Below, in pieces: positions 31,551 to 44,708 of a stretch of DNA of 64,000 bases. The stretch is from Octopus vulgaris. Its lineage: Eukaryota. The stretch lies in contig OX597815.1 of the NCBI GenBank assembly GCA_951406725.2, positions 34,596,001 through 34,660,000 of the forward strand, read 5' to 3'. The translations under genes were made by a program, and so were the position numbers. The notes beneath the pieces are model-generated. The model had not been told where the DNA came from and ran no database searches. It saw only the letters and a program-made list of their open reading frames with translations. Each line of letters opens with the position of its first letter. The stretch's first letter is position 1.

Positions 31551-31956
31551 GGTATCTATTTAAAGGACAGTGGAATCGAACTAGAAATCACATGGTTGCA
31601 AAATGATCTTAAGTACTAGACTATGTCTGTGCATATATTAATGAAGGATATAAGCGATTTTTTTCTCGTAACTTATTCTCTTTCAATTAAGGTAGACCAC
31701 ATTCTAAATTGTATATTCACGTGTGCTTAAGGTGTGTGTGTGTGTGTGTGTGTGCGACGGGTGTGAGCGCGCACGCGAGTATCGTTAACTACTTAGCTGT
31801 ATGTATGACAAATACGTGTGTATGTGTATGTTTTCGTGTACGTATGTATGTATGTATGTATGTATGTATGTATGTATGTATGTATGTATGTATGTACTCG
31901 TTTGTCGCTTTATATTTCTTTCTGTTAGCTTATCTGTATATGCGTATGTGATCGTA

Positions 31957-32007
<51 letters not shown>

Positions 32008-32145
32008 GCATATACTTGTTTGTATATCTATAGGTGTATGCATATAAAAATGTATGTATATATGTGTGTGTGTATATGCGTGACATTTTGTTTCATAATC
32101 TCTAGTCTCCGCCCTGTATTCATATATATATATATATGTATATAT

Positions 32146-32303
<158 letters not shown>

Positions 32304-34451
32304 GTGTGTATATATATATATAGGACTGTGTTTATACGTGCGTGTCTCCGTGTTTTTCTTTCTTTCACTTTTTCTCTCTTTTTTTTTTTTTTTTTATCTA
32401 AATCGAATGCTCCCGTGGCAAATAAATTATAATTGTTGTTATTGTTGTTAGAAATGAAATCAGGACACAGACATTATCGATTGCTTTCCAGGCCACATTA
32501 AACTAGAAATAATTTGTAAAAATGACATTTCTTCAGACAATTTACATCAAAGCTAACAATGGCAAGCAGCTATATTTCATAGCGGCTATACTAATAATAC
32601 TTCCGGCCTTTGTTTAGCGTCAGAGGCATTAGTGAAACAGAGAGAAGTGATATGTCTGTCTGACTTTCTGGCACGCGCACACATACACTGAGCGCGCGCG
32701 CGGATGAGCGCACATACACACACGCGCACACAGAAGCACATACTCATAAGAGCACATACTCATAGGAGCACACATACATACATGCATACATACATACATA
32801 CATACATACATACATACATACATACAAACATACATACATAAAGACATACGTACATACACACACATGCATACATACATATATACGTACTTACATACATATA
32901 TACGTGCCTACGCACACACACATACATACGTACGCACGCACATACATGCATACAAACGCACACGCAAACACACACACATACATACATACATACATACATA
33001 CATACATACATACATACATACATACATACTTACATGCAGACAAACATACATAAAAACATACGTGCGTACACACACATGCATACATACATATATACGTACT
33101 TACATACATACATATATAGGTGCATACGCACACACACACATACATACGTACGCACGCACATACATGCATACAAACGCATACATATAAACATACATACATC
33201 CATACATACATGCATGCACGCACTCGCGCACACACAAACACACATACACATACATACATACATACATACATACATACATACATACATACATACATACATA
33301 CATACATACATACATACACACACCTATGTACATATATATATGTATATATGCATATATTATTTATATTATTTATATTATTATATGATCGAACGCCACGCAT
33401 CCTTTTCCAAGTAAGTTTTATCATATACATACAGCCACACGTACATGCATGAATTCGTACATACAGGTACACACTCACACACTCTCACATATGCACAGCA
33501 ATCCCATATACACATCTTCAAAAAGAAAAAAAAAGCACTCAACACTTGGTGTAAAACATAGTGACATTTAATTGTCTGATAACGTCTGCTGTCACACCAA
33601 ATTTCAAAACTAATTGTTCTATCAGATAGATTTTTTTCATTTATAGACCACCAATTTAGCTGTATGGTCAACAGATACTTCAGCAGGTGTCATCAGCCGA
33701 ATACTGGTTGCTATCAAATAAGAATTGACCAAAGATTCAAGAAAAATGAAGTTGGATCCACGTTCATGGTTTTGGATGCACGTTCCGGGTCTTGGGTGCA
33801 TGTTCATAGTCTTGATGTCACAAAACCTTTATTCGAATTGATGGCAGAATCACAATTAATTTGGTAGGACATTGAGAAGTATATATCTGGCGACGTTATA
33901 GAAAGTGGTGAGTCGCTACATTCGCGTGAGGCATGCAAAGTGTTAAGAGGATGGATCACGCGTTACGGAGAAACCGGTTCTTGAAAATTTTACTGTGGTG
34001 TAGAATACTGTAACTCGAAACCAGTTTACCTGCTGGTTTTCCATGTTATAAACTGAGATGCGGTGGGAAGGATTCTGTTTTGTTTTTTTCGTAAAAGAGA
34101 GAGTGAGAGAGAATGAGAAAGCAGGAGAGAAAGAGAAAGAAAAAGAGAGAAAGAGAAAGCGAGAAAGAGAGAGAGAGAGAGGAGTATGCAACAGTAATAC
34201 AATCTATATACACGAAAATGTCAATGTTTAAACACACAAAGTACCGTATGTGTACATAAAAACTTTGAAGAGAAAATTCATTTGCGAATAATTAAGGGTA
34301 CAGTAATAAAACCGTACAGTACATACACAACAAAAACGATGTTGACTGCAGTTTGAGTGCAACGTGAGTTTTTTACGAGAGAGAGAGAGAGAGAGAGAGA
34401 AACAGACAGACAGACAAAGAGACAGCCAGACAGACAGAGAAAGAAAGAAAA

Positions 34452-34486
<35 letters not shown>

Positions 34487-34762
34487 GAAAGAAGGATAAA
34501 GGAAGAAAGTAAGGAAGAAAGAATAGAAGGAAGGAAGAAAAAAGAAAGAAAGAAAGAAAGAAAGAAAGGAAGGAAGAAAGCAAGAAAGGTAAGTAGAGAA
34601 AGAAAGAAAGAAAGATAGGAAGGAAGGAAGGAAGGAAGGAAGGAAGGAAGGAAGGAAGGAAGGACGGAAGGAGGGAGGAAAGGAAGGAAGAAAGGAAGAA
34701 AGAAAGAAAGAATGAATAAAAGAAAGAATGAAAGAAAGGAAGAACGAAAGAAAGAAAGGAAA

Positions 34763-34817
<55 letters not shown>

Positions 34818-34869
34818 GGAGGCGAGGTGCACTGTCTTTGCCCTATAAATCAGAATCAGCGTCAATGGC

Positions 34870-35300
34870 ACACTGTGTCTCTTTGTATTGCACGTTACAG
34901 GAACTAAGCACATTATTTAACTCCTCTCGTAATTTTAAAGTTAAAGTCATCATTAAAATCATTACCATCACAGACTTGCAGACTTTTCTCTATAAGTTCC
35001 AACTTTTTAGCCGTTTTGTTTTGCAACCATTTGAGCAGGAATTGGTGGAGCTTGTATATCTTCTTGTCTTTCAGCAACTAACTCTCGTCAGTTTCTCGTC
35101 AGAGAAACTTACACTATGCGACCTTTTGCAACACAACCACATCATCTTTCGCGACTTTTTCAGACCCTACATCATTTGCCAGAGTCACAATGTCAAGCTG
35201 AGTTTGGTGTAGATTTTTTTTTGCTTGAGGAAAACCAGTAATGTCACGAATAGAGTCATACTTGAGTATTCCACTTCGTTTCATACGTTTTCTTTCCATT
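34870..35300 (-). pseudogene. Possible decayed pogo/Tigger transposase C-terminal fragment
   Basis: IVTLANDVGSEKVAKDDVVVL resembles the Tigger C-terminal I..LA..VG.E.V...DV.ELL segment. Confidence 0.4.
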
Positions 35301-35427
35301 TAACATGTTGAACTTTTTCTGAACTGTAAATTTATTGAGGCATCATACGTTTTTTTTATTTGTTTCGAAGTTTTCCAATAATATGCCTTGAAGGTAGCTA
35401 TAAACCTTGAACTATTGACTAAAACAA

Positions 35428-35463
<36 letters not shown>

Positions 35464-35494
35464 ATTTAAGTATTTATATATATATATATATATA

Positions 35495-35882
35495 TATATA
35501 AAGCTGAAGTTGTCTGTGTATGGCAGGTTTGGTAGCCTTCAACTAGCACTATCTCCTCCGAGACCCTGCGGCGCAAGTTGACCAAAATTGAGAGTATGAT
35601 AGAAGGAGGCTTGCTCTTCATTCCGTAGAAGATAAAATTCAAATCGAACCATTTTAAGACCAAAAATTATTTACATCTAAAAGGTGCTTTTTTTTTCTAT
35701 GAAAATCCCTATTTTTTACGATTTTTTGACTGCTGTGTCGCCATTTTTCGGTGTAGTTCAACCAGAAAAAAATGTTCACTTAAAGAGAATAACAAGCTAC
35801 ATAATGCAAAATTTTTACTTTTCAAAAATTCCAATTCTAAAGGGTCGAAACAAACCCGAGCAACGCCAGGCGATACCGCTAG
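35495..35882 (+). mobile_element. Non-autonomous Helitron-like element
   Basis: Copy of 4350-4715; 3' ccgagcaacgccagg..cgCTAG|T. Confidence 0.78.
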
Positions 35883-36264
35883 TAATATATAAATATATGC
35901 ATATATACACACATATATGTACATACCTACATCTATATGTATATATACATGCATGTATGGATACAGGACATCAAAAAAACGTTGAACACAATGAGAAACG
36001 AAAACATAAAAACAAAAACATGGAAACGAATTTTTTCCAAACAACGAAAAAACAGAGTACAACACAAGGAATATTCCCCTTCTTCAGTTGTCCCTGTTTT
36101 GTCTACTCAGCGTTTCGAAGGTATATACATATTTCGTTTTTGGATTTGGTTTGCAAGATTCTATATGTGAGTTCGTGTGTTGAAGCATATTCTGTTATGT
36201 CTGGGGAGAATAATTTTCTTTATGTGCTGTATAATTTAACACACTCACCGGTAAAATTTATTTT

Positions 36265-36423
36265 TTATTCTCTCTCTGTTTATTTTCTCGTGTTCCTTTC
36301 TGTTGAAGAGCGTAGGCTCGAAACGTAAAATACTTTTTCACCTTCCCGAGCGTTAAACCAATACACCTACTTGTTGTTTACACACCTGTCTTCGTCTTTT
36401 GCTTTTTGTAAATTCCATTTACA
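36265..36423 (+). mobile_element. Isolated PLE family 1 terminus with hammerhead motif (36295-36330)
   Basis: ttt-CTGTTGA-A-GAGC gtag GCTC-GAA-ACGT-A-aaa, downstream cacctgtcttcgtcttttg, then (TA)n. Confidence 0.8.
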
Positions 36424-36996
36424 ATATATATATATATATATATATATAACTTTTATATTATCAGAAAGGCCATTGAAGTTCATTGGCTGGTTTGGTACAT
36501 TCTCTAAAAGGACCAATCTTTTGATGGAAATAGTACACCTAACAATGTACTTTTTTTAAAGCAGTACAGATCAAGTTTCTAAACCAGTCTTCGAAAATGC
36601 TTGTAATAATTCAAGCCTTCTTACTAGAATGACAAATTACAAATAGCTTAAACTTAACACAGCCTTTTGAAGCCTTTGGCATTTGGATGTGATACGCAAG
36701 TAACGGGTTTAATTTTGTGTTATTAGCAGCCGTACCTAAAAGAAATCAAAGGATTGTAGGAAGCTTTGAAGCATGATTTTTTCGTCATTAGAAATAAAAA
36801 GCTTGGTTCTTCTTTCATTAGAAGTAGAATTCCTAGTAGGGAAACGCAATTTTATCAATAATGTACACTGGTTCATTCAGTCCTATCTATCACAGCACTT
36901 ATTTCAGTCTGGGACTCATTTTATTGATGTCCATTTATTAAGCCACCATGTCTCACTTTTAATACAATACTGGTTTTTACATAAACGCGCGCGCGC

Positions 36997-37089
<93 letters not shown>

Positions 37090-37091
<2 letters not shown>

Positions 37092-37295
37092 TTCGTTTAT
37101 TTGTTTCAGTCATTTGACAGCAGCCATGCTGGAGCACTACCTTTAGTCGAACAAATCGACCTCAGGACTTATTCTTTGTAAGCCTAGTACTTATTTTATC
37201 GCTCTATTTTGCCGAACCGCTAGGTTAAGGGGACGTAAAAACACCAACATCGGTCGTCAAGTAATGGTGGGGAGGGGGGACAAACACAGACACAG

Positions 37296-37326
<31 letters not shown>

Positions 37327-37494
37327 CGGTGGGCTTCTTTCAGTTTCCGTCTACCAAATCCACTCGCAAGGCTTTGGTCAGCCCGCCCGAGACTATAGTA
37401 GAAGACACTTGCCCAAGGTCCCACGCAGTAGGACTGAACCCGGAACTATGTGGTGGTTAGTAAGCAAGCTACTTACTACAAAGCCACTCCTGCA
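37090..37494 (-). mobile_element. SINE family A
   Basis: Sequence match to other copies. Confidence 0.9.
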
Positions 37495-37546
37495 TATTTA
37501 TGTATGTTTCCTTTTTCTGTTTTTGATTTAGAGCTAATATATGTTT

Positions 37547-37742
37547 TCTTATCACCCACAAGGGGCTAAACATAGAGAGGACAAACAAAGACAGACAAAC
37601 GAATTAAGTCGATTACAACGACCCCAGTGTGTAACTGGTACTTAATTTATCGACCCCGAAAGGATGAAAGGCAAAGTCAACCTCGGCGGAATTTGAACTC
37701 AGAACGCAGCGGCGGACGAAATACCGCAAAGCATTTCGCCCG
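37547..37742 (-). mobile_element. SINE family D
   Basis: Reverse-complement match to 55445-55657. Confidence 0.85.
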
Positions 37743-38614
37743 CCTTATTTAGAGCTAATATAGATCAGTCACCTGCTTGGTCGCAGAGTAGTGAAGGAAA
37801 GCGTTTTTCTCTTATACATCATCCCCAAAACTTAAGAATCAACTTGTAAATTTTTATAGTCCCAGATATCGCGATCATTTGTAGCAGATTGGTGTTTCCT
37901 GTTGCTCCAATAATAATAATAAGTATGAAACTGCGAATCTACCATGGGTTCAACACTACCTCAGAATTGCTCTGACACAGATAGGTGTTTCAGTTGTTGA
38001 TTGGGAGACGGAGGCACAAGACCGAGATGGAAGGAGGGATAAAGAGTGTACAGTGATTGTTCGAAGTTTGAAAGTGAAAGAAGCACAAGAAGATTAAGAG
38101 AAGGCTTAGAAGGAATGAACCTGTGGAAAATGAGTGCGTGTTGCTTTTTATGTATGTGATTTGAGGAAGGAAACGCTTGAGTCATGCAGGCCTGGTCAAC
38201 CATCTGAGAACTCACAGGATTCAACCTAGTGTAAATTCTGATTTGTCTATTGTTCACAACAAAACATGTGCAACCTGTGGAAAGGTGTGAAGATTGAAAA
38301 GGCATGTCAAGAGTTCATACTGTGGTACCTGTTCCTTCTGCTAGCTAGCACAACTGTACATTATGCAATAGAATGTGCAAATCTTTTGCCGAGCTCAAGA
38401 GCCATACAGGGAACTCACATGGCCTCATCGATTACTCGTTTCAGTGATTCTTTCTAACGATGGCTTTGCTCGAACACGAGAAAGCAGCTACTATATTATA
38501 TATACACACACGCGTCTTTGCTAGTAAATACGCAGTGAAGCTATATAATAGCGTCGTATTTATTATGATTGCTATTTTCCAGTAAATATTGGTGCCTTGT
38601 ACCATTTATCTACT

Positions 38615-38662
<48 letters not shown>

Positions 38663-38663
<1 letters not shown>

Positions 38664-39489
38664 GAGCAAAACGCCCCTCGTCCAATGGACGGTGCTGAGT
38701 TGTCAAACATTTAAACCAAATTTTCTCAAACAACTTGTCCGACCGTCCCATAGGTCTCCCCTTTGAGAAACACTGATTTAACCTAAATTTGAGACACCAG
38801 CAAAAGAAGTAATAAAGATAGGCTTTTTTTCTATTCCAAAGAAAAACGATTTAATTCACACAAATATGCAACCGAAGAGTTTAAAGTATCAGTAATGATA
38901 AGGCTGTTGACTGGGAGAACACAAACATGGTTTAAACAGTAAGCTTGGCAGGAAAGAAACGTGACTTTAAGCAGTACAAAAACAATAAAAAATGGAAGGT
39001 GCAGTTATGTACAGGTTGACAGAAGAAAAGCAGGACAAAAACGATGCATGCAAATGGGTTAGCTGGAGGTAAATCTAGATAGAAAAGCATGAGGAATTTA
39101 TGAGAACGTACCTGGGACAATAATAAGTTTATCCGATAAAACATGTAGGAAATCAACTTAGGGCGATTTTTGATGAAAATTAAACATACTGCATTTTGTG
39201 GCATTATTTCAATCCAGCCGGCTTTATTGCGCAAACTGCACGTGCATTTTTCTCGCGTACGCATAGTATCGATCGCAAAAGCTGATGTACTTGCGCGTAC
39301 AAATGCACGTTCCCACGGCTTTGTCGATCGCATTCTCACCCGGAATCGATTTTTTGTAATTTTTTCAAGACTTATACACGCCCTGATACCGTCGGTATCT
39401 ACATATCAAATTTGAGCGCAATCGGATGGAGGATGCCCGAGATCCTAGAAGACACACACACACAGACAGAAGCGATTTTATAAAATAGA
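38663..39489 (-). mobile_element. Probable non-autonomous Helitron
   Basis: Minus strand A|TCtattttataaaatcgcttctgtctgtg 5' end; 3' hairpin cgtccattggacg then CTCG|T next to (TA)n. Confidence 0.55.
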
Positions 39490-39501
39490 TATATATACTT
39501 A

Positions 39502-39820
39502 GTGAAAGCGTGTGGCTTAGTGATTAGGGAATTCGGCTCACGATCGTAAGGTTGTGAGTTCGATATCCAGCGATGCGTTGTGTCTCTGAGCAAGACACTT
39601 TATTTCACGTTGCTCCAGTTCACTCAGTTGGCAAAAATGAGTCGTGCCTGTTTTTCAAAGGGTCAGCCTGCTCACATACTGAGTCACGTTTAATCTCCAT
39701 GAAAACTACGTTAGAGGTACACAAATCTGTGGTGTGCTCAGCCACTTGCACGTTAATTTCAGGAGCAAGTTGTTCCATTGATCGAATGAACGGGAACATT
39801 TGTCGTCGTAACCGAGGAAA
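39502..39820 (+). mobile_element. SINE family B
   Basis: Match to 13654-13979. Confidence 0.85.
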
Positions 39821-40048
39821 TGTCAGTTTAGTTTATGTATCTATGTATATATAAATATGCGAATCTTCTTATTGACACATCCAATACAGAAAGAGTTTGT
39901 TTTCCAACTAAGGAGCCAGAGGCTTCTAGGATCCGGTACTTTAACTATGTTACTCATACACTCTCACTGGTTTTTATTTATTTCATTCTTATCTGCTCCA
40001 TTGCTTTATTATGTAGATCAGGGATTCTCAACTATTTTTTTTTACTTA

Positions 40049-40266
40049 TACTCTTTTACTCTTTTACTTGTTTCAGTGATTTGACTGCGGCCATGCTGGA
40101 GCACCGCCTTTAGTCGAGCAAATCGACCCCGGGACTTATTCTTTGTAAGCCCAGTACTTATTCTATCGGTCTCTTTTTGCCGAACCGCTGAGTGACGGGG
40201 ACGTAAACACACCAGCATCGGTTGTCAAGCAATGCTAGGGGGACAAACACAGACGCACAAACACAT

Positions 40267-40299
<33 letters not shown>

Positions 40300-40471
40300 C
40301 ATATATACGACAGGCTTCTTTCAGTTTCCGTCTACCAAATCCACTCACAAGGCATTGGTCGGCCCGGGGCTATAGCAGAAGACACTTGCCCAAGATGCCA
40401 CGCAGTGGGACTGAACCCGGAACCATGTGGTTGGTTAGCAAGCTACTTACCACACAGCCACTCCTGCGCCT
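40049..40471 (-). mobile_element. SINE family A, full length
   Basis: Near-identical to other copies. Confidence 0.92.
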
Positions 40472-40766
40472 ATGGACCCATTAGATTACTATTTTATTCT
40501 GGTGGACCCCATAGCCATTCAATGTTTTAAAACTAGCCATAGTTTTAAAATTCCTATTTTGTTTATCACACATTAACTTGTGTAAGTTGAACTATGTAAA
40601 ATGTTGGAGAGAGAAACCTTACTGTTTCTTGCAAAACATATCAATACATACTATCTAAAACAAATTCTTTTAAGGGGCCCTTGAAATACTATTGTGAATC
40701 CCCAAATCACATTTTTGTTGCGTGGACCCGCCCAAAATCTTATATGAACCTCCAAGGGCCATATGG

Positions 40767-41070
40767 TGGAAGCACATGGCCTAGTGGTTAGAGCAGCGGA
40801 CTCGCGGTCGAGGGATCACGGGTTCGAATCTCAGACCGGGCGATGTGTGTGTTTATGAGCAAAACACCTAAGCTCCACGCGGCTCCAGCAGAAGGTAATG
40901 GCGAACTTCTGCTGACTTTTTCGCCACAACATTCTCTCACTCTTTCCTCCTGCATCTTGCAGCTCACTTGCGACGGACCGGCGTCCCGTCCAGGTGGGGA
41001 ACCTATACGCCAAGGAAACCGGGAAACCTGCCCTTATGAGCCAGGCATGGCTCGAGAAGGAACAAAAAAA
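40767..41070 (+). mobile_element. tRNA-derived SINE family C
   Basis: A box tggcctagtggt, B box ggttcgaatc, A-rich tail, 13-bp TSD aagggccatatgg (40754-40766 and 41071-41083). Confidence 0.85.
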
Positions 41071-41364
41071 AAGGGCCATATGGATCCTGGTTGAGAATCA
41101 CTGATGTAGACGGTTGTTCGAGGGATTTTTGTATATAATAATACAGAAAAATCAAGAACTGTATTGCAATGTTCAGTACATGTTTGAACACTCATTGGGA
41201 AGTAATGATGGATCTAGAGAGATAGCAACCATATCTCTCTCACATAACCCTACAAATATTAGAAATATTATGTATGAAAACAGTAAGATTAGACAGCAAG
41301 GCTTGAAACGTCATTGCTCAGGAAGATGTTTGATCAGAGCTGACCTAGGGTACCACCATGAGGA

Positions 41365-41671
41365 ATTTTATTCGAACGAATTGACCCCAATCAACTTTGT
41401 CTTTAAGTCTGGTACTAAGTCTTTCGGTCTTTTCTGCCGAACTGCTAAGTTTCGGGAACGTAAACACACTGGGACTGATTATCAAGTGATGATGGAAGAC
41501 AAACATAGACACCAGGACGGGGAGTAGCTTTCTTACCAACCACATGGTTCCGGGTTCAGTCCCACTGCGTGATACCTTGGTCATGTGCCTTCTATTGTAG
41601 CTTCGGGCCGACCAATGCCTTGTGAGTTGATTTGGTAGATGGAAACTGAAAGAAGCCTGTTGTATATATAT

Positions 41672-41718
<47 letters not shown>

Positions 41719-41860
41719 GCTTCTTTCAGTTTCCGTCTACCATATCCACTCTCAAGGATTCTATTGTAGAAGAAACATGACCAAGGTGCCTCGCCGTGAG
41801 ACTGAACATGGAACCATGTGGTTGGGAAGCAAACTTCTTACCACACAGCCACGCCTGCAC
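41365..41860. mobile_element. Rearranged SINE A fragments (minus, plus, minus)
   Basis: Partial matches to family A on both strands around a (TA)n tract. Confidence 0.75.
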
Positions 41861-42095
41861 CGATATGTATGTATCTATGTATGTATGTATGTATGTATGT
41901 ATGTATGTACATACGTACGTACATGTGTTTTGTACACGCACGTGCGCACACACACATCTGATGTACCCATCTACCAAATTCAACATTTGCATAGGTAGGT
42001 TATTCTAAGGTTGGATCAGGAGCCACGTGTTTGTGAAGCGCACTTCTTAACCAGACAACCATAACTGCGACTATATATATATATATAAATATCAT

Positions 42096-42126
<31 letters not shown>

Positions 42127-43015
42127 CTGTGTGTATGTGTGTATATGTATGTATGTATACATATACACACATTACTTCAATTATAATGCGCCTGGAGGGA
42201 TTCCTAGTGTTATTTACATTCGTAGATATATGTATTGTGTATAAACGTACATTTGTATTTGCCTTTTGATGTTGCCGAGACCACGTCGCGCGGGATTTCA
42301 GTATCTGAATCGTTTACTTTCGCTCTGCTGGATTTGAAGTTTACATCCTGCTAATGTCGCTTTTTCTTTTCCATTCATCGAGGTCAATATGGAAAAAAAG
42401 TAGTGTGAGCGAGACACACACGCACACACACACACGGACGGACAGACGGTGGGGTCGGTCGATTCAAATGATTTTATTCAGAAGAAATCAATCCCTTGGA
42501 TATTGAAAGAAATAATCAAGCAGAACAAGATAAAAACGAACATATACATTATTTATAATGGAAAAAAATTGTTCAAAATTTTTAAAAAGGTAAAAAGCGC
42601 GTGCTGTGAACTGAGCACGTCATATGACATTGTGGGGGCTTTTAAAAGGTTATCCCCTGGCTGGATTCTTTAACTTTTCATATCTCTTCAGGGGTTGACA
42701 AAATGAAATGTCTATCAATTACATACACAGACACAAACACACATATATACACACACACGCTCACATACATACGTACGTACGTAAATACATGCACACACAC
42801 AAACACACACACACACACATACATACATACATACATACATACATACATACATACATACATACATACATACATACACTGTAATTACGCGGAATCATTGTCA
42901 GGGGGAAATGGTATGTCTGACGACGTGTACATCACAAAATGAAATGTCTGTTAGTTACACACGACACAGAGACATATATACACACACACGCTCACATGCA
43001 TACGTACGTACGTAA

Positions 43016-43050
<35 letters not shown>

Positions 43051-43353
43051 TACATACATACATAGTACATATATACATGCATACATACATAATCAATAAC
43101 TGTAGAAGTCTTAATATCAAGAGGCAATCTTTATATTCAACTTAGTGTAGATTTGTGTTAGAGCACTGAATACTACGTTATTTACCTTCAGAGGACTTCT
43201 CAAATGGATGCATGGAGCATAAAAGTATCAATATTTATATACCTGGCAGACGAGAATTGTCAGTTACGGGCGCTAGATTTTGCCAGATCACGTGATTTCG
43301 ACCTGCCCTACCTCTTCAGTGGCAGACGTCTGGTAAGTGGCATAACAGACGAA

Positions 43354-43995
43354 GGATCTTTTACCTTTTGACGTACAGATTAAAAAAATAATTTTTGGTA
43401 ATTAAACACTTTCAAATTTCGGATACTGGTAGAATGTGTCATATAAAACATGTTTTACTCTTAGCATTTTTCAGAAAAACTTATATTTTTTGTTTGTTAC
43501 TGTTATTTATGACATCGTTCGTGCGTTTGTACTGGTTTTAGCTTTAAAGCTTTAGGGTTAGGGCTAGGGTTTTAGGTTTAAGGTTAAGGTTTTAGGGTTA
43601 GGGTTTTAGATTTAGGGTTAAGGTTTTAGGGTTAGGGTTTTAAGGTTAGAGTTTCAGGGTTAGGGTTAGGGTTTAGGGTTGGAGTTAGTGTTTTAGGGTT
43701 AGGGTTATGGTTTTAGGGTTATGGTTTTAGGGTTAGGGTTGTCATAAATAACAGTGACAAACGAAAACTACACCGCCGGAAAATTTTGTTGACAAACAAC
43801 GGCAGTAATTTTATTCAACTGAATACCCGTCATTGATTGGTTGAAATTACCGAAATAGGCCTACTTCAACGTGAAAATACTTCGTAGATATAAGTTTTTC
43901 TCAAAAATACTAAGAGTATACCAGTGTCCGAAGTTTGAAAGTGTTTAGTTGGAAAAAATTATTTTTAAAATCTGTACGTCAAAAGGTAAAGATCC
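43354..43995. mobile_element. MITE related to 31111-31550, with long imperfect TIRs and an internal telomere-like tract
   Basis: ggatcttttaccttttgacgtacagatt / aatctgtacgtcaaaaggtaaagatcc; shares tgattggttgaaatt and ccagt.t.cgaagttt.aa blocks with the 31-kb MITE. Confidence 0.85.
43530..43740 (+). repeat. Degenerate (TTAGGG)n / TTTTAGGG interstitial telomere-like repeat
   Basis: About 210 bp of ttaggg variants. Confidence 0.92.
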
Positions 43996-44264
43996 TTCGT
44001 CTGTTATCTCACTCTGAACAATATATAAGACTTCTGCGTCTTTTCAGGCACTGTTGACGCAAAAAGCCAGCAGGTTTGTTAAGACATAATTGATAGCGAC
44101 AGAAACGGTACTAATATCAACAGGCACTATTTATATCTAACGTATCGTGGATATTTTGGACATGAAAATCTATCAGTCAAATATATGAAGACAACAAACA
44201 AATCAACATGTGAATGCTGACGTGTGAGGCTAACGGACTAAAACTTTGGGCGGGAAAGTTTATA

Positions 44265-44430
44265 TATGCGCAAGCGTGATTACATGGTAAGAACTTTGCT
44301 TTCCAACCACATGGTTCCGGGTTCAGTTCCATCGCGTGGCACCTTGGACAAAAGTCTTCTACCTTAGCCTCGGACCAACCAATGCCTTGTGAGTGGATTT
44401 GGTAGACGGAAACTGAAAGAAGCCCGTCGT
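44265..44430 (+). mobile_element. SINE family A 5' part; the copy continues at about 50480-50647 and 51736-51790
   Basis: Head to gaaagaagcccgtcg then microsatellite; the collinear remainder lies after the PLE and after the Merlin element. Confidence 0.75.
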
Positions 44431-44440
44431 ATATATATAC

Positions 44441-44481
<41 letters not shown>

Positions 44482-44502
44482 GTGTGTGTGTGTGTGTGTA
44501 TG

Positions 44503-44587
<85 letters not shown>

Positions 44588-44708
44588 GTATATATATATA
44601 TATATATATAACGGGAAGCTTTATGAAAATAAACAAAAGACGAAGGCAGGTGGAAAACAAACGAACAATTGTATTAGTATGGCGCTCAGGAAATATAAAT
44701 AAAACAAG

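Larger units (their letters stand above)
40019..41103. mobile_element. hAT (Charlie-like) MITE hosting two nested SINEs
   Basis: TIR cagggattctcaac / gttgagaatcactg; 8-bp TSD atgtagat / atgtagac (7 of 8 match). Confidence 0.82.

Noticed and set aside
40767-40840. tRNA-like sequences here and at 13905-13979 and 39502-39575
   Set aside because: They are SINE heads followed by SINE bodies, tails or TSDs; the acceptor stems do not close
43530-43740. True chromosome end or fusion site
   Set aside because: Single orientation, degenerate, and enclosed within MITE TIRs
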